Positions 59,494-64,000 of a stretch of 64,000 bases of DNA are shown here, one piece after another. The stretch is from contig CAXXHG010000014.1 of the NCBI GenBank assembly GCA_963666315.2, forward strand, positions 64,001 through 128,000, given 5' to 3'. The position numbers were made by a program, and so were the translations under genes. This stretch comes from Candidatus Binatia bacterium. Lineage in GTDB: Bacteria; Desulfobacterota; Binatia; Bin18. Below the pieces are notes generated by a model. That model searched no databases, was not told where the DNA came from, and saw nothing but the letters and a program-made list of their open reading frames with translations. Every line of letters begins with the position of its first letter. Position 1 is the first letter of the stretch.

Positions 59494-60729
59494 TCAGTCA
59501 GATCTGTAGAAGCCGACCATATCCTCTATCACCTTATGTCCATGTCGGACTAAGAGTTCTTGGTCCTGTAGAACAAACTCCTTCTTTGCACCCGAGGCGA
59601 GCATGGACTGGGTTGCTTCCAAGGTGCTGGCATCTTCCAGGAGCGCTTCGCGCAGAAGGATCTTACTGTACTCCTGACTAAAGCGGTGAGCCGCATTTTG
59701 TACCGGCGGGAAATACGTCCGGACTTCCCAAATCGTCCGCCCCGGAGCGAGGGGCCAAAAATGTTGCGTGAGATACGTTCCGTCAAAGACAAACACATCA
59801 AAATTGGGGAAGATCATATTGGCGTCAAAGGCCCAAAACTGACTCCGAGTCGGATTCACGCCTAACGGTAGCTCGCCCATGTCCCAATCCCGTTTAACAA
59901 TGGACGAACCAAAGCGATGGGCGAGCAACTCGACTGGGCTGGGCTGATGGTCAGGATTACCAAATACCGACATGCGATGGTTGCGTTCATACAGCTTAAA
60001 CGCGAAAGCGTGCGCATACGGATTGTCCGGGCTGGTAAACGAATCGGGCAGCGAGCGCTTATGTAAGAAGGGTACATGATACGCCTCGTGAAAGGCATCT
60101 TTGAGCACCTTCCAGTTGGCCTTGAGTTCCGTATGCCAGGCGTAACACGTAGTCAGCTTCTCAAAGGGATAGCCCTCTATCCCTGCACCAAGTTCTCCAA
60201 GATGTTCCTTTAAGGTTTCAAGTGGCTCAGGATTAAGATTGATAAAAACAAAGCCTTCCCACACATCGACTGTAATCGGCGTCAGGCCAAGCTGGTCTTT
60301 TTGAAGAGCAAAAAAGCTCTCTTCATCTGGTACGAATTTGAGGCTGCCATCGAGGCCATAACTCCAGCCGTGAAATTTACACGTAAAGTTCTGACATGTG
60401 CCTGCATGATCCCACACCATCTTATTGCCCCGATGGGAACACATATTGTGAAGAGCGTTGACCGCCCCGCCCTTACCACGCGTCACAATGACTGACGTGC
60501 CACACACGGGCAAGTCTTTAACAAAATAATCGCCCGGATTCCGGATCTGCTCAACGCGGCCAACATTCAACCACGTCTTCTTATAAATCCGCTCCCGCTC
60601 CAACTCGAAATATTCTTGTGAAACACACGGCTCAATTGGAATCGGCCCGGTGCCGAGTTCAGGGTAGTCGTTGTGCCAGACTTTACCGTTAGTGATGGTG
60701 TCTTGTCCGTTTTGTGCCGACGTGGGCAT
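59494..60729 (-). CDS. Rieske non-heme iron oxygenase alpha subunit (paralog)
   Basis: CSH...CKFHGW; KDAFHEAYHVPFLH. Confidence 0.93.
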   Translation of the reverse strand: MPTSAQNGQDTITNGKVWHNDYPELGTGPIPIEPCVSQEYFELERERIYKKTWLNVGRVEQIRNPGDYFVKDLPVCGTSVIVTRGKGGAVNALHNMCSHRGNKMVWDHAGTCQNFTCKFHGWSYGLDGSLKFVPDEESFFALQKDQLGLTPITVDVWEGFVFINLNPEPLETLKEHLGELGAGIEGYPFEKLTTCYAWHTELKANWKVLKDAFHEAYHVPFLHKRSLPDSFTSPDNPYAHAFAFKLYERNHRMSVFGNPDHQPSPVELLAHRFGSSIVKRDWDMGELPLGVNPTRSQFWAFDANMIFPNFDVFVFDGTYLTQHFWPLAPGRTIWEVRTYFPPVQNAAHRFSQEYSKILLREALLEDASTLEATQSMLASGAKKEFVLQDQELLVRHGHKVIEDMVGFYRSD

Positions 60730-60833
60730 AGAATCATTCCTCCCTATCCCCATCTATCCCATGTTGAGATACGTATCAATCGCTTTCTTGCCATCGACCA
60801 CATTTGAAGCAATCAGCAAAGAGGTTGGTACGC

Positions 60834-61539
60834 CTACCATTCCTCTCCAAAAGGCCGGATATCAAGCTCAAACGTCCAGCCAGAACGGTCCTGATGGACG
60901 ACGTTCCAAATCGTGTCGGCAATGGCCGAGGTCTTGATAAAAAAGTCGTCCGGTTTGTCGTCCAACAATTCGCGCGCGAACGGCATATCAATGCCTCCAT
61001 CGATAACGAGGAAAGACACATGCACTCCCCGTGGCCCCAGAGTGCGTACCATGGACTGGGCCAAGATGCGTTGCGCGGTTTTAGTTGGTGCGAACGCAGC
61101 GAATTGCGGCTTCCCCCGCCAGGAGGCAGTGTTGCCTGTCACCATAATGGCCCCATGCCCGGCTTCGAGCATATGCGGGACAACGGCCCGGGCCATATAC
61201 AGTAGCCCCATCGTATTGACCTGGAAGTTCTGCTCCAAGCCTTTTGGATCAATCTCTAAAAACGTACCGAATATAGAATCAAAACTGACTGCATTGTTGA
61301 TCAAGACTGACGGTGGTCCAAGTTGCTCGGTCACTGCAGCGACCGTCGCATTCACTTCAGCCTCGTTGCTGACATCACACATATGCCGTGGTACCCGGAA
61401 TCTCCTGCTCAAACTGTTTGAGCCGCTCTTCATTGTGGGCAAACATCGCTACGCGATAGCCACCCTGTGCAAACCGACGCACCGCAGCAACACCTGTTCC
61501 ATGACCCACACCAGTCACAATGCACACTTTTTCTAGCAT
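60834..61539 (-). pseudogene. SDR oxidoreductase with frameshift near 61375-61383
   Basis: ATG 61539 reads MLEKVCIVTGVGHGTG...TTAYV*; the frame then continues CDVS..NNA..FAPTK; a GT dinucleotide appears to be missing. Confidence 0.8.
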
Positions 61540-61730
61540 CACTTCTTCCTCCCGGATTCAAATCAAAAAAGACACTGAGACGTAGGAGCCTATCTTGGTC
61601 GTTCCACTAAACGGCCGGAGACGTACTTATAAAGGACATTGTCATAAGGCATTTCCTTCAGTTCTCATTACCTCTGGTCAGTTGTCGGGCGTCCGACAAA
61701 CTGATATCGCGGATCGTCAAAAACTGACGC

Positions 61731-62948
61731 ATGGCACTATCGCAAGAAGCTCCCTGGTTAAGCGACACGACTCGCCTCTTAGCTACAATCGGATTCACCG
61801 TCTTCGTTGTCCTGACCGCGCTCAGCATGCTGGGTCCATTGCTAGTCGACATGTCACACGACTGGACGACAACGGTCCCCGTAGTTGCCCAACTCGTGAC
61901 TGCGGCTGCGGTCGCCTGGGCGATAACCGCGCTCGTCGTCGGTCCGTTCTCAGATGCCTATGGCCGGAAACCGATTCTTCTTACGGGCGTGTTGCTCATC
62001 AGCCTGGCGTCGATAGGCACAGCGCTCGCACCAAATCTGGCAACAGCCACCGTGTTTCGCATGCTGGCCGGCGTTGGCGGCGGCATGGTGCCTCCCACCT
62101 GTATCGCGTTGATTGGTGATGTAACTCCGGTCGAGCGCCGCGCCATGGGAGTGGCAGTTGTTACAACTCAGCCCGAGCTCAGCAGTGTAGTAGGTGTACC
62201 TCTGGTAACGCTCTTAGCCGCGTATGCCGGTTGGCGAGCCGCCTTCTTCGCTGTGGGCGGCATCTTACTCCTGTGTGCCGTAGTCCTCTTAATCTATACG
62301 CCTCAACGTCAAGGACAACGGAAACCCTTAGTCCTCGGCACTCGGCTCAAACAGGTCGGACGGTTTTCCGTGACGTGGCTGCTGGCGTTTACGAATCTGA
62401 CAGTTCGTACAGCCTATGGGCTGATCATGACCTTCTTTCCGCCTTTTCTCCAAGTGACTTATGGCCTGAATACGGCAGAGCTGGCTCTGCCCATCTCTAT
62501 CGTCGCAGTCGGAACAACGTGCGGCCTCTTCCTCGGCGGAAAAATAGGGAGAAGCCCACACCGTTTATCCCTTGTAGCGATCACCATACTTATTGCCACC
62601 CTGCCCGGCTTGGCCGTCTTTGTGGTGCATGACCAGCTCTGGCTCACAGTCGCCGTTACCAGTGTGTTTATGGTGCTGGTCATGCCCCTGGCCACCCTTT
62701 TATTTGTCGTGGGCACCGAAATAGGCGGAACAGCGAGGGGGACACTAACCGGCATATTGTCCGGGAGCGGTTACGTAAGTTATGCGGTTGGGGCAGGGAT
62801 TGGAGGGCTGGCGGTGGCACACATCGGCTACTTCGTACTGTCCTTTGCACTGGTGATTTCAACCATAGGTAGTAGTTTTCTCTTGACTTTTTTCATTCGC
62901 ACAAAAGCCGAAGACCGTGCCCGGGAGTATTTTCATCAGTCCGAGTGA
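61731..62948 (+). CDS. MFS transporter
   Basis: Multiple TMs, GPFSDAYGRK motif A, GWRAAF. Confidence 0.9.
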   Translation: MALSQEAPWLSDTTRLLATIGFTVFVVLTALSMLGPLLVDMSHDWTTTVPVVAQLVTAAAVAWAITALVVGPFSDAYGRKPILLTGVLLISLASIGTALAPNLATATVFRMLAGVGGGMVPPTCIALIGDVTPVERRAMGVAVVTTQPELSSVVGVPLVTLLAAYAGWRAAFFAVGGILLLCAVVLLIYTPQRQGQRKPLVLGTRLKQVGRFSVTWLLAFTNLTVRTAYGLIMTFFPPFLQVTYGLNTAELALPISIVAVGTTCGLFLGGKIGRSPHRLSLVAITILIATLPGLAVFVVHDQLWLTVAVTSVFMVLVMPLATLLFVVGTEIGGTARGTLTGILSGSGYVSYAVGAGIGGLAVAHIGYFVLSFALVISTIGSSFLLTFFIRTKAEDRAREYFHQSE

Positions 62949-63039
62949 AGATATGAATCCTCACCCCATTATTGCTGCTGCAGTCCTTCATCTTGAACCG
63001 CGCGGAGCACGCCACCACCTCCGCCGCAATTTCCTTAGT

Positions 63040-64000
63040 TTATTCAAACATAGCGATGCATCGGACTTCGATGCTCCACCGCTCGGGCGCATCGGGGGGT
63101 GTAGACGGATCTGCGAAGGCGGTGTGAAAGCTGAAGGTACACGGCGCTTGCGCGTCATCGCTATCGGCCTGGCGGCCCTCTGAACGGGCGAGAGGCCCGG
63201 CCGAATCCCACTGCTTGATCAGCAGGGCCTCGTCGCGCGTCATCGCCGGGTAGTAATACCACTCATGTCGCAGTCCGTGCTTGGAGAAGTAGTTCTCACC
63301 CACTCGGTCTTGGTAGTGAATCTCAAATACCACCAGGTCTTCGGGGGTGACGCTCTGCGCGTCACACAACGCGAGGGGATGCGTCGCGACTGGCTCCTCA
63401 GCGATATTGCGCCACACGTTGATGATAACGAAGCGTCCACCTTCGTTGAGCGCCCGCTCCGCTTTCTCGGGCTCCAAGAGAGGTTGGAGCGATTGTTCCT
63501 GTTCGATGAGCGAGCGCAGCGTATCGTTGCCGCCGGGAGGTTGCGCGAGTTGTTGTACACGCTCCGGAGCGCTTCGGAGCGTGTAGTCCCCATGAGTGAT
63601 GGAGGCCGGGCCTTGCACCTCCTGCCCGCCGCGAATGCATCGCTTGCTTTGCTTTCCGGCCGCCGAGCGTACATTGTGGTCGAAGGCGAAGACGGAGGGG
63701 GCGCCGGTCGCCTCGCTGACGAGCTGGGTACATTCGCGGTAATAGTCCTGGATGACTTCCTGATGATCGAAAAAGTCGAGATCCAGCCGCTGAAGGGGGT
63801 AGGTAAATAACTCAAAGCCGTTTGTATCGAGACTTCGACGTTCCTCGCCATTGAGCAGTCGGGCGTTATGGACTGTTATCTGCCGCTCATCGAAGATGAC
63901 GCCCTCCATGCCGGTGTCGCTGCCGTCAGCATTGCGTCGTATAAGGAGCTTGCCGTTCCGGTAGAGCGAACTTTGAATAGATGGAGCAAGATAGTTGAGC
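63040..64000 (-). CDS. CmcJ/NvfI family oxidoreductase (5' end outside the window)
   Basis: FDHNVR, HGDYT, INVWR, PLALCD, HTAFADP, SIEVR; frame is open to the window edge. Confidence 0.85.
   Translation of the reverse strand, partial: LNYLAPSIQSSLYRNGKLLIRRNADGSDTGMEGVIFDERQITVHNARLLNGEERRSLDTNGFELFTYPLQRLDLDFFDHQEVIQDYYRECTQLVSEATGAPSVFAFDHNVRSAAGKQSKRCIRGGQEVQGPASITHGDYTLRSAPERVQQLAQPPGGNDTLRSLIEQEQSLQPLLEPEKAERALNEGGRFVIINVWRNIAEEPVATHPLALCDAQSVTPEDLVVFEIHYQDRVGENYFSKHGLRHEWYYYPAMTRDEALLIKQWDSAGPLARSEGRQADSDDAQAPCTFSFHTAFADPSTPPDAPERWSIEVRCIAMFE

Noticed and set aside
1-64000. tRNA, rRNA or CRISPR array, including a tRNA at the island ends
   Set aside because: No cloverleaf, rRNA-like or regularly spaced repeat pattern was seen by eye, and the att core maps to a CDS. 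No covariance search was run.

Overview
Bacterial chromosomal window of moderately high GC. The gene content (LLM oxidoreductases, Rieske oxygenases, VOC proteins, amidohydrolase, rpoH, rpoZ, mutS2) suggests a Binatia/deltaproteobacteria-like organism; this is inference only. The main structure is a ~17.9 kb integrative island (12183-30130) bounded by an 18-bp direct repeat, TCACGGTACAAACGATAC. That repeat is the last five codons plus stop of a Zn-dependent alcohol dehydrogenase gene, so the island integrated into a protein-coding gene rather than a tRNA. Its right end is a satellite-like core: a tyrosine integrase whose HxxR arginine is replaced by Gly, a Zn-finger/HTH regulator, an Xis-like HTH, a CHC2 primase fragment and DUF3987. 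Its cargo includes an esterase split by an 11-bp duplication, a Mesh1/SAH-like hydrolase, a five-gene redox operon, a DUF2946/CruR/CutF-like leader ORF in front of an N-terminal-His exported protein, a secreted NucA-type nuclease and glycosyltransferases. An IS6 element and an IS6-ended MITE have reworked the cargo. Outside the island are a mutS2-DUF309-leuD-like-Ski2/Hel308 helicase-unknown run, housekeeping genes, a second MITE, GTAG-type REPs, an orphan NorD/CbbO-like vWA protein, tandem Rieske oxygenases with a TetR and its palindromic operator, and a multiply frameshifted PAS histidine kinase. I saw no tRNA, rRNA or CRISPR array. Several frameshifts lie in homopolymers and may be sequencing errors.
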